A program made the translations under genes and the position numbers. From contig CM022670.1 of NCBI GenBank assembly GCA_012295275.1, forward strand, positions 26,908,001-26,972,000: a DNA stretch of 64,000 bases, read 5' to 3'. Position 1 is the first letter of the stretch. Each line of letters begins with the position of its first letter. Origin of the DNA: Chrysomallon squamiferum (Eukaryota; Animalia; Mollusca). The notes beneath the pieces were generated by a model. That model had not been told where the DNA came from, ran no database searches, and saw only the letters and a list, made by a program, of their open reading frames with translations. Shown in pieces: positions 12,906 to 25,400 of this stretch.

Positions 12906-14664
12906 GTTCTATTATTAGGTGGTACCAGTGGAAAAGCTTGTCAAAGGAAAATTTCAGGACAATTTCGAGTTTGTTCAGTGGTTTAAAAAGTTCTTTGATG
13001 CCAACTACCAAGGTCAGGAGTATGATGCATTGCAGATGAGAGATGGTATTCAAGTTGGAGCTCCTTCAAAATCTGTTCTGAACAAACCTCACCAGAGAAC
13101 AGCACCAGGCAACACAAGACCATCTCCAAAAGCAGGTATGTTTGTTTAGTTACATGATCCAAAAAGCCCTAAATTACTACCAATAACAAAAACATAAAAT
13201 AATACTGAGTAGACCAAAAATACCCTTGATGGAAATTGACAAATTGAAAGAACATGAAATTGAACCAGGTGCGTAAATCCTAATTAATGTTATTAAATTA
13301 TTTTCCAAAAACTCTATAGAGTTCTAAATTCATGAACTGAAAAATGCAAAATTAATATTACTCTAAATTGTAATTGTTGTGGCATAGATAGTAGCTGCAT
13401 CTTAGTTTTTAATAAATTTTTTAGCCCCGCCAAAAACCACCCAGAGAAATCCTCACCCAGTAGGCCCAGCATCAAGGGTTGCAAACCATACTGGAGCTGG
13501 AGATTCATTGAAAATCAGGGAACTGGAAAATGAGGTATATAGTCTAAATTTACAAATAACTTGTAGATGAGTGATTTGAATAAAAAAAAATGTATTATTC
13601 ATTTATTGTGATTGTTATTATTGTTTATTTATTTATTTATTTTATTTTTACTTTTATTTGGAATTGTTTGAGAAATTCTAATAGGAATTTTTGAAATCTA
13701 AACCATAACATCATTGTTTGAAAACTATCCAAATAAAAGAATAAAATTAAGTTTAAAAAAAATGCAAAACAGTTTCATCTGTGTGCTGTTTGTCTTTATC
13801 AAGTTGTGAACAGTTGTTTTTCTTGTGTGAAGATGCACATGGTTGTGTTTCATGGTACTTTAAATGAACACACACTATTCTGTTGTTCCAGCTGACCCAG
13901 CTAAATCAGGAGAAGGATGGTCTGGAAAAAGAGAGAGATTTCTACTTCAGCAAGCTTAGAGATATCGAGGTCTTGTGCCAGGACCACGAGGAAGACCCAA
14001 CAATAAAACAAATTATGGATATTCTTTATGCAACAGAGGTGAGCAAGCAATAAGAAGCCCTCTCATATTGAACAGTCCTTCAGCTTGCAATGGTTAGTTA
14101 GGAAAATCATGTTACAGCATGTCAGTATTCTTTTATTTCTCTCTCACTGTTTACTATCCAGGCTAGTGTCACCTGACTGATTTATGAAAGGTCTAGGTAT
14201 GTGTTTTCCAGTCTGTAGGAAATGTTTGTTAATTCGTTGCACCTGTATGTCTCTCACAAAACTTTTATGTAAAAAAAAATAGATCTTTGTATTATATAGT
14301 TTCACTCTTTCTAGTAGTTAAAAAGTGAGTATTTTCTTTCCACTTATTCTTAATCTTTTGTTTTAGTTATTCCTGTTCCTGTAGGCTTAGTGTATTAATA
14401 TAAGTATTATAGTTAATGTTTTAACTGAATATAAATTTGAGTTAGATTTATCATAATATAAGAACAGACTAGAATTCGTATCTTTTCAGCACAAAAATAA
14501 TACAGATATCTCCCACAATTTTAAGTTTCTGAATTTTAATTCCACAATTTTAAATTTAAAAAAATTTGATATTGTGTTTATATTTGTCTTTTTCTTTAAA
14601 ATTTCAGGAGGGTTTCACTGCACCTGATGATGCATTAATTGATGGAGAGCAAGACGAATATTAA
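4575..14664 (+). CDS. MAPRE: Microtubule end-binding protein EB1 / RP-EB family (MAPRE)
   Basis: Exons 4575-4695 ([26 protein letters not shown]), 7570-7608 ([12 protein letters not shown]), either 9103-9209 or 10833-10939, 12919-13135 ([26 protein letters not shown]), 13425-13534, 13892-14038 ([23 protein letters not shown] domain) and 14608-14664 (acidic tail ending QDEY*). A probable non-coding first exon ends at the donor at 3061. Confidence 0.97.
9103..9209 (+). CDS. MAPRE: EB1 alternative CH-domain exon A (107 nt)
   Basis: ttcag|GTGTACTT...GACAAG|gtgag. Encodes (G)[35 protein letters not shown], phase 1 to phase 0. Confidence 0.92.
10833..10939 (+). CDS. MAPRE: EB1 alternative CH-domain exon B (107 nt)
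   Basis: tgcag|GTTCAGTA...GACAAG|gtgagt. Encodes (G)[35 protein letters not shown], with the same length and phases as exon A. Confidence 0.92.
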
Positions 14665-17600
14665 AACCAGCCAAACAGCACTTTAAATCAAACATATTCA
14701 CCAGAGAGACAAAGCAAAACACATAACACAACAGCTAGCAAAAATATCTTCTTCTGACCAAAACACTTTCTGCTACCGTGGTTTGTTTGTGTATTTTGTA
14801 ATAACATGATAGTACTTAAATCAGAAAAATATGGGGGTGGGCTTGATGAAAATAAAACAAATTTATATGACTGGGTGGGTTTGTTATCCAAGAGTGACAT
14901 TTATCTTGGGATTTAAAGGATCTTTGTATTGTGAAGAAAGTATTAATTTTTGCCATAATGAAAACTGGAATATTATGCTATCCATATGCTGATATTTTAT
15001 TCAGTGTTTATTTGTGTTCTTTATAGATTATTTCTAAAATTCTGATTTGTCCTTAACTCTGGTCTGTGCATTGTCATTTTGACAGGAATCTTTAATTTAT
15101 AACCCACCAGATTTTTTTTTTGATTTTTTTTTAATTTATATTTTTATCTGTAAAAGTGTTAGAAAATTAACTTCACAAAAACCAGGAAATTGGTTCAGGA
15201 TCCTCTGGTCAGGTTATTTCATCCTGAATTCCTGCTTTTGATGAAACAGTTTGTAAATAATCTCTTACTCATAGTACAAATATAATTAGTCATACAATGT
15301 TTGTCAACAAAAGAAAATGCAGAATCAAAGTTATTAGCGCAGTGTTGCAGTAGGTTACCACCAGATATTCCAGAAATAGAATTTGCTATTGCTTTTTAAT
15401 AGGTTATTTTACTAATTTCAGTTCTCATATTTTTCTAAAATTTATTATTGTGCTCAAATATTTGAATGATTAGTGTTCATATTGCTGTAATGTGGAACTT
15501 TGGAGAATTGAGATTTTTTGGTTTAAAAAAAGAAATAATAATAATAGTAATATCTAAAATAGAATTCTAATTAAGCTTACAAAGAGAAAATTTACAGTTA
15601 ATAATTGTAGTGTTCTGTTAAATGATGTAAATGCCTTTTATTATTATTTTCATTTTTTATTTTTTATAGCAGATATTAAAGAAAAAACATCTCTTAGTAC
15701 ATAATGTTTCACTGGAGTGTTCTAAAAAAAAAAATTGTACAAATATCTACTGAAACATTACTATGGAATAATCTTCACTTTGAATCTGGTCTTACTATTA
15801 ATATATTATTTCATTAACATAATATATCTGTTTTTGTTTTTCCTGTACAGAAGCTCATATTTTCTATTTACTGATTTATCTTGAATTTTCTGAGAGAAAA
15901 GAAAACTTGAATGTGCTGCTATGATGCTTGACTTTCTTAAAACATCGAGTTTCCTTCTGGAGGAACTTGATTTTTCTCATATACATTTTGGATGTAGAAT
16001 ATTCCTTTATCAATTTCTTGGTAGTTCATGGTATGCTGAATTTGATGGCAATTATTATGAGCTAAAAATGTATTAACTCACTGTACATATGATATATGTA
16101 AGTATATGCATGTCTATGTAACTGTATTTATATGTACACATGATGTATTTGGGTGACAGGTATAAACGATACTAAGGTACATAGCAACAGAAATGGCAGA
16201 GGAAAAACACAGTGAAAGATTAATAGATGTTGGGAGGCAAATTAAATTGGCCTAGTTTGATCCAGTTTATTTTTTATTGGCATTTTCATTAAAATCTATG
16301 GAAATTGTTTGCCATTTAATACCCATAAAATGTGCCGTTTGTTGTGTTTGCTGAATACTCAGTTGTGATAAGCTGCTGAAACAAATAAAAACCAATCTTG
16401 TATATCTTTTGGTTATGGTTTCATGTCCTTTAAACCTCTAATTAATTAATTTCTTTTTCTCTCATTAAAGTTGTAAAAATTCAAATGCATGTAGAAATTT
16501 TGAAATTTTTTGGAAACTATTACCCAGTTTTTAACATGGATTTATATGTAGAGTATTTTGTTAAAATAATTTTAAATCTTTGCTCAGAATTTTTTTTTTT
16601 TTTTTTTTAAATTAAGTTATCCAGATCAGGAATTAAGCTGTATGTTAATTTCATAAAATTTTATTTTCAGTTACAAACTGAAATCAAATTTTGCATAATT
16701 ATCTTGCAAAAAAGAAACCTGCAGTTTGCTTGATCATTGTGTATAAAAAGTTGTCAAATTTTGATTTTATTGAGTGGACCAGCTTAAATCCTGAACTTGA
16801 TCTTTTTGTATTGATGTTATTGAAAACTAAATACAATTAAAGGAGGAGAGAACATAACTGTTTTACCAAACTTTCTTCTGATTAGAGACTTCACCTTTGT
16901 TCATTATCCAGATTGTTAAGCACTGATAGGTTTTCTTTACTATTACTAGAGAAAATAAATTGGTCATATATCACAGATCTTGTATAAGAGACAAATGATA
17001 AGTGTCCTAATGAAAGTGAAGTTTGGTATTTAAACACATATGGTCTCTCACCATTGTCGTAGATGATCAAATATTTTGTCTCGATTGTGTATTGACAAAC
17101 TATCTTTCTCACATTTCTCTCTTTTTTCTGTCTCTTAGTTGCATTTATTCATTATTAGTGTATATTCTCTGATACAAACTTTAATTTTATTTTCATTTAT
17201 TTTTTCAAAACTGTATAAGCATATTAGCATTTTTTATGCTTACAATTAAAAATAAAGAAGTCTGTATTGTACATGTATTGCTATTTACATGTAAGCAAAT
17301 GATTCAGTTATGTTGATTTAATTCCATTGTTTGTAGAATATTAATTTGGAATAATAATTGTAATTTTGAAAGTTATTAACCCTTTGATCCTTTGGCCTTT
17401 TCAAACATTAGCATAATTCTGGCTGTCTTGTTTTAGAAAACAAAAAACACCACCAAAAACCCATCTCAGTGTGACATCAGGTAATGATAGATAATGTTTT
17501 GTGTATTTTGAAGTTCATGACTGTGGTGCCAAGATATGTACATATTAATTTTTCTATGATTGTTACTTCTCTTGCAAACAAACAAAAATGTTCTTGTGTT

Positions 17601-17833
17601 TAAAACATGTACAATAAAATGGACTTCAGTACAGTTTTGTCTTTGTTTTTGTATGAGTTTACTTAAAACATTTGTCTTTTTATTATTATTTTTATATTTT
17701 TTCTTAACCTTAAATTTGAGTAATTACATACTTAATTCTTAATGTTTAACTACTGCACCACAGTCAATGCATTTAAATGGAATGGGTTGGTGAATAAATT
17801 ATTTAGTTAAGTATGTACATTTTTAATGAGCAG

Positions 17834-17864
<31 letters not shown>

Positions 17865-18572
17865 ATCGATATATCAAGTCGTTAAGCTAGGGTCTGATTT
17901 AACCAAGTTTAAAAAGCTATAAGACCTCGCAGTCAGAAGAATTTCAATCTTATATGTTTTCTCTCTCACATCTAAAATAGAGCATTTGATGTTTTCCATA
18001 GCATGGGAGATTCAGTGCAATTTAATCTGCGCTAGTACTACAAGTAGAGTGGGAGCTCCTGAAAGTCCATTACAAACACAAAGGTTGATCCTGCTGTCAC
18101 CAATTGAGACCTGTGCTTTGCTATTGAGCTAGAGCACCCCAAATCTTTCATACCATCTGCTAAATTATATATAATCAGAAATAAGTAAATTGGAAAGCTT
18201 GGTTTGTTTTGCTGTTATGAGCAGTGAATGAATGGACTTTCGGTTAGTATTTTGAAATGGTTTTTCGTCCTATTATATAACCTGTAGAAAATGATCTTAT
18301 TTCATTGAAATGATGGATGTTTTGTCATTTACTTCATCAGATCAGAGTGTGTCACGCACACGCACACACATATACGTATACATATAGGATGATGAATACA
18401 ATAAAACAACAGAGTTTAAAGTAAATATATTTTTTTTTTTTATTCACTACTATCTACAAATACCATACATTCAAACTAAACAAGCTTGTAAGATAGATAA
18501 ATCACGGGATCGCTAAACTCTCCATTTCTAATCACTGTCAGGATATGCATAGCAAAATTATTTAAAAAAAAA

Positions 18573-18574
<2 letters not shown>

Positions 18575-18651
<77 letters not shown>
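18575..18651. repeat. (AAT)n microsatellite
   Basis: Direct reading. Confidence 0.95.
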
Positions 18652-18653
<2 letters not shown>

Positions 18654-19492
18654 CTAAAAAAAAAGATTAAAAAAAAAGTAAATAAATGAACAACGAATGG
18701 AAATGAAGCTACATCTTTTATATATATATACATACATACATACATACATACCCACACAGACATTTACATACATATATATACACAAACTATAATATGATGA
18801 AAACACCAAAACAAATTCCTCCCAAACAGTCCGTTTCTGAACTTCCAGAAAATTTTATTTATGCATGATTTCGAAGTAAATATAAAGAAAAGAAAAGAAA
18901 AAGGAAGTAAATAAACTATATACAATACACTATTCATGAATTAATGTATGTAGCTAATAAATACTGAAGCAAAAAGCAAAGCAAACAACCAACAAGAAGT
19001 ATCTAATTTATGAATATTCGCTACAATAAAATAAAAACATCATTCCTAAAGCGTTTGTGTAAATGTTAGTTACAATTCTAATGATTGTAAATACCATAAT
19101 TATATTTTAAAATAATTATAAAGGTGTAAAGATAAAAAATATACAGTTTCCATACTAGATAAAAAAATGTGCATGTTCAAATCAAAAGTGATGTCTTTAA
19201 AATACATTTGGTCGATGTAGTTAAAAGAAACTAACTTTATTATAGTTATATAGCATTAAAATTAATTTGACGTCTTCACCATTTTGATAATATATTAAAA
19301 TGTGTACTTTTTCTCTATCTCTCTTAACATGAAGTTTTTAAAACAAAAACAACTACGTGAGGCCGACTGCCAATGGCTTCAGCAACATAAACCATCAGAG
19401 CCATGTAAATGCATACCATATAAACTTCTCGCTGCTTAAATGTTAAACCTCGGTCAATGGCGCATAAGGGGACAGTCCGTTGCACGCTATAA

Positions 19493-22400
19493 CTATTTGT
19501 GTGTGACTTCTTTTCCTATGATTTCACATTGTACACCACGCGTAGCTTTATTCTGAATATATGGCGTTTGACTTCCTGCTGTGCCTGACAGATTTACTTG
19601 CCTTAGGTTGTTACACTCTCCAAAAACACCAAAAGGAAATTCATCGAAACAACACGAGAGACCTTCATTAAACTTGTAATATGGTAGTTCTTGGAAATTT
19701 GGCATTTTTTCGAGATGGTCAAAAACGGGTATATTACTGTTCTCTACATAATCAAAATTTGCCTTAACTGGTCTATTCCAAAACTGTTTTCCAAACATTT
19801 CATTGCATTTTCGACGAGAATTTTTGTTTTTGGACATTTGTTTAGTGACATAGAAAAATTCATCTAGTGACATGGTGTCGGTCTTGGGCTGTTTATATTT
19901 TTTTCCTGAAATGCTATATGTATTCTGACCCTCGAAACTAAGATCCGTAGAACTTTTGTAAAAGTGAGGATTAACATAAGACTGCTTTTTAAATGAGTCT
20001 ACGAGGTTCCGCAAAAGGTTTGAATGTTGAAAATATATATCTGAACAAATATCGATATCATCATTATCTAGCCTCAAACCCTCAGCTAAGTTATTTGCTT
20101 CCTCGTAATTGGGTTTAAATGACTGCTGAAATTCTGTATTTATACAAATTTCACTTTGGATGTCTTCCGTTTCCATATCCTGGACATGTGAAACTCCAAA
20201 ATTAGATTCTCCGTTTTCGGTTGATGATGTATATTTGTTATACAATGACACGGCCTTGTGCGCTCTTCTCTCGCTACCAGGTATATTATTAACATTTAAT
20301 TTGTTTTTATGAAAGTTCTCTTCAAGTGTGCGGCAGGGTAAAACATTAGAGCACCAGTCTGAAGTAGCCGGTAATTCTTCAATTTTGTGAAGCTCTTTAG
20401 ACTGCTTCTTTTCATATTGTTTTAATAAATTTTTCAGTTCAGTCGGTATGCCATCAAACATATCCAAGTTGTTATTTTCAGATGAATATTCAGCTGAATT
20501 AAAACGCTCGGTGGTTGTTTTGTTTATTTGATTTGGAATGTCATCACATATCTGCATTGGCGATTCTTGATTTTCCCGTATCTCGCTAATGCTAGGTGTA
20601 GGGCATTTCGGTAATTCATTAGTATTTGTTGATTTATTCTCCTTTGATAACGACGTGTCTTCATTTAAAGAAATGGTCAAACGTTCTTCCCGGGCTCTAG
20701 GCAGGTGTTTTTTGCATGGACTACATGTTTCTTCGACCTGCATCTGTTCGAAGGATTTTAGCAACTCGGCGACTGTTTTAGAAGCCGCTGGTACTTCATG
20801 TTGTTTGGGTGACTTAGAAGGTTGCAGTGTCTCAGTTGTACCAGAAACCGACACTGGTAGTTTACTGGATGCTTTGGGCAGATGCAATTTAGAGGGTTTT
20901 AAAAACAGAGCAGGTCTATTACCATGCTCCTTTGGTATATTATTGATACTGGAATACTTTCTGCGACTTTCAGATGTTGCAGAGTTAAGATTACCCGCCT
21001 GAGAATGTGGAACCTCTTTCGAAATTCCATTTGTTATATCCATTTTTGTTCCATTGCCTTGCTGTTCACATGAGGCTATAGGTTGAACACTAGCTTTCTT
21101 TTGTGATACGTATGTATTTGATCTGGCAGGAACATTTGCACTTTGGTAAATGGATACTTTTTCTTGTGTCCCATTAATATTACTCATTTGTTTAACCTTC
21201 AAGAGTTCACCCGATTCCGTAATTTGATTTCGTTCATTACTGTTTGTTAATATATTCATGTATGAATGATCTTTTTTATTGTGGGTTTCATTACTAATGT
21301 CCTTGTACGAATCATGCTTTATATTAATATTTTCACTACTTGATATAGGCGCAGAATTGTACTGTTCAGTGTGAGTAACATTCTTGAGAGATTCATGGTT
21401 TTTATTAGTAATTTCATGACTTGGTACACGGACGGAGTTTTTTTCACCAGTGTGAATATCACCACTGTACGAATCTTGCATTTTGTTACTAGTTTCATTA
21501 CTTGATACACGGACGGAGGTTTGTTTATCAGTGTGACTATGTCCATTGTACGGATCGTACGTTTTGTTACTAGTTTCATTACTTAATTCACGGACGGAGT
21601 TTCGTTTATCATTGTGACTATCATCCTTGTACAAATCGTACCGTTTATTACTAGTTTCATTACTTGATACACGGACGAAGTTTTGTTTATCAGTGTGACT
21701 ATCATCCTTGTACAAACCGTTCCATTTTATTATTAGTTTCATTACTTGATACACGGACGAAGGTCTGTTTATCACTTTGACTATCACCCTTGTACAAACC
21801 GTTCCTTTTATTACTAGTTTCATTACTTGATTTACGGACAGTGTTTTGTTTCCCAGTGTGACTATCATCCTTGTGCGGATCTTGTCTTTTATTAAAATTT
21901 TCATAACTTGATACACGGTCGGATTTTTTTTCATCGGCGTGAATATCACCACTGTACAAATCGTACCGTTTGTTACCAGTTTCATTACTTGATACACGGA
22001 CGAAGTTTTGTTTATCAGTGTTAGTATCACCCTTGTACAAACCGTTCCTTTTATTACTAGTTTCATTACTTGATGTACGGACAGTGTTTTGTTTCTCAAT
22101 GTAACTATCATCCTTGTGCGAATCTTGTCTTTTATTAACAATTTCACGACTTGATACACGGACGGAGTTTTTTTCACCAGTGTGAATATCACCACTGTAC
22201 GAATCTTGCCTTTTGTTACTGGTTCCATTACTTGATACCGGAGGTTTGTTTATCGGATTTTTTCATCGGCATGTTACCAGAATATCACCACGAAGTTTTG
22301 TTTATCAAACCGTTCCTTTTATTTTATTACTAGTTTCATTACTTGATATACGGACGAAGTTTTGTTTATCAGTGTTAGTATCATCCTTGTGCGAATCTTG

Positions 22401-25400
22401 TCTTTTATTAACAATTTCACGACTTGATACACGGACGGAGTTTTTTTCACCAGTGTGAATATCACCACTGTACGAATCTTGCCTTTTGTTACTAGTTTCA
22501 TTACTTGATACACGGACGGAGGTTTGTTTATCAGTGTGACTATCATCCTTGTACAAATCGTACGTTTTGTTACCAGTTTCATTACTTGATACACGGACGA
22601 AGTTTTGTTTATCAGTGTGACTGTCACCCTTGTACAAACCGTTCCTTTTATTACTAGTTTCATTACTTGATGTACGGACAGTGTTTTGTTTCTCAGTGTG
22701 ACTATCATCCTTGTGCGAATCTTGTCTTTTATTAACAATTTCATGACTTGATACACGGACGGAGTTTTTTTCACCAGTGTGAATATCACCACTGTACGAA
22801 TCTTGCCTTTTGTTACCAGTTTCATTACTTGATACACGGACGGAGTTTTTTTATCAGTGTGACTATCATCCTTGTACAAATCGTACGTTTTGTTACCAAT
22901 CGATACGGACGAAGTTTTGTTTACCAGTTTCATCCTTGTACAAACCGTTCCTTTTATTACAAGTTTCATTACTTGATACACGGACGGAGTTTTGTTTCTC
23001 AGTGTGACTATCATCCTTGTGCGAATCTTGTCTTTTATTACTTGATACACAGACACGGTTTTGTTTTTCACTTTGACTATCACCCTTATACAAACCGTTC
23101 CTTTTATTACTGGTTTCGTTACTTGATACATGGACAGAGTTTTGTTTTTCGGTATGACTAATCTCCTTGTAAGAATCATGTTTTTTATTAAGATTTTCAT
23201 TACGTGATACACGGACCAATTCTTCTTTTTCCCTGAGACTAATATCCTTGTCAGAGTCAAGTTTTTTATGAAGATTTCCATTATCCGTAACAGTATTCTG
23301 TTTTTCAGAATGACCAAAATCCTTGTACGAATCATGCTTTTTATTAACATTTTCCTTATTTAAATTATGGGAAAATTTTGTTTTTTGGGTCTCACTAATA
23401 TTCTCGTTCGGATCATGTTTTTTACTTACAGTTTCATTGCTTGAAGCCAAGGCAGAGTTTATTTTTTCAGAATGATTAATTTTACTCATTCTATCAACCT
23501 CCCTATAATGAGATACTTTGCAATGCTCTTTTAACGAGTCTGCAAGAGCTGATTCATCTGCTTCATATGCTATTATATTAAAGGTGTTAGTTTCAGCAAA
23601 TGAAACCTGTTTTGGGGTTCTACGTTTCGTTTTAACTTGCCCCATTTCGACGTCTGTATTATCAAGTGCTGCTGGCATTTGTTTTGTAAAAGAATCTTCA
23701 GTTTTGGACAGAAGTATTACGTTTGATATTTTGTTATCGTTATTTTCATCTTGGCATTGTTTAGACAATTTAGAAATCTCTTCTTCTAATGAAGAGTCTG
23801 TTTTGGTCAAAGGTTTTGATATTTCTGTTTTGGTATCTGAAACTGACTTTTGGGACTCCTTCATTTTAAAATGTTCTTCACTTTGTTTCGGCTTATCTAA
23901 TTTTGCTTCAGCGTTACATGCTTTTGACTGATCATCATCATAAATATCAGATCTGGTAACAGATTTCGATTCTGAAGTGGTTCCATCAACGCCTGGAACT
24001 TGATTTTGCGATTCGTTTATTTGGCTATTTTCTGATTTGATGGACGTATTTTGTGAATGGCTGTCTTTAGTGACAGACTGTTTTTCTGAAGAGTTACAGC
24101 TTTTCGCTGTAACTTTCGACTTATCCTTTGACAACTCATTCACTTTACACAATTCCTTGATTTGTTTCTTGTCGCACGAAGTTGGTAACTTAGCGGGTAT
24201 TGTATTCGCAGTCCACAAAACTTCTTTTCGTAACTTATCATCAGAATTTAAGGTATTTGACTTGTCTGTTCTCGAACTAGTAACATTTTTTGGTAAATCA
24301 CAATATTTGGTTGATTCTTTCTCCAAGTTCTGTTCAGGTGTTCTTAAAATAGACTTATTATTCATTACTGACATGTCAGCATTTCTTGAACCAGACTTGC
24401 ATGCAATAGCAAGAGATTCCGATATGAGGTGAGACGTCTGTTTTGGACTCTCATTAATTTCAGAAGCTGCTTTGACTTGATTTTGTTTAGATAATTTCAC
24501 TAACGGTGAGTCTTTATTAATATTGGATGACATATCACTTTTAAACGAATCGGCTGCTTTAGTTAAAGATTCAGATCTTGACGAGTTGAAGTTTTCTATT
24601 GGAGTTACAGAATCTTGTTTCTCTGGAGTATTAATTCGACAAGATTCTTTTACTTGCTTTCTCTCACATGACTGTAGTGTCTCAGCATTGTTGCATACTC
24701 GAATTTCTGATGCATCTGATTTGTTAATTAATTCGTGTGCTATTTCATTTAATGCATTCGTTCTTGGAATGGATTTCGAAGGTTTGCTGTTCTCCTTTAT
24801 TTCGTCAACTGGTGAATTTTCCAAACCTACTGGTACATTTATGTCGTGTACGACTGATCTATTACTTTCGACTGAATCATCTGATTTGGTATGAGACTGG
24901 AATTTTGTGTTGTCACTGTTTTCAGTTTTTCTACCACAAGAATCCTTTGACATCTCATATTTTTCACTTGTTTCTTTAATTCCATTTTCTGATGATTTTA
25001 TTGACTCATTTTGTTCTTTGCACTTTTCTGACAGATCTTTTGTTTCACAATTTGGTGTATTTAATTTGTCATTTCTAGCATCAGAAACTACTTTAATCGA
25101 TTCACTCTTTACAGTTATTTCTTTAACATCCTTTTGTTTTGAAAATGTTAACTTATCTATGGCTTTTCTAGTTCCTGTTGACAAATCTTTATCAGAATCA
25201 TCAGAAATAGCACGGGTTTCCAATACTGTATTCTTCTCACTAGGTTTATTAATGTCTTTATTTTCATTTTGCGCGGGCGATTCGGATGAAATAATTTCTT
25301 TGTGTATATTTGTCGTATCATTGTATTGTTTAGTGAATGAGCCAAGTCCAAAACTTTGGAATTTATCTGCTGTAAAATTTGGATTCGACTGTTCACCTGA

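Noticed and set aside
21720-22228. Hydrophobic N-terminus (MEPVTKGKIRTVVIF..) of the 911-aa ORF as a real protein start
   Set aside because: It is the alternative frame of the repeat. The hydrophilic frame matches the flanking degenerate units on both sides.
21300-23440. Regular repeat array superficially like CRISPR
   Set aside because: Units are contiguous with no unique spacers, they are codon-multiple and coding, the context is eukaryotic and there are no cas genes.
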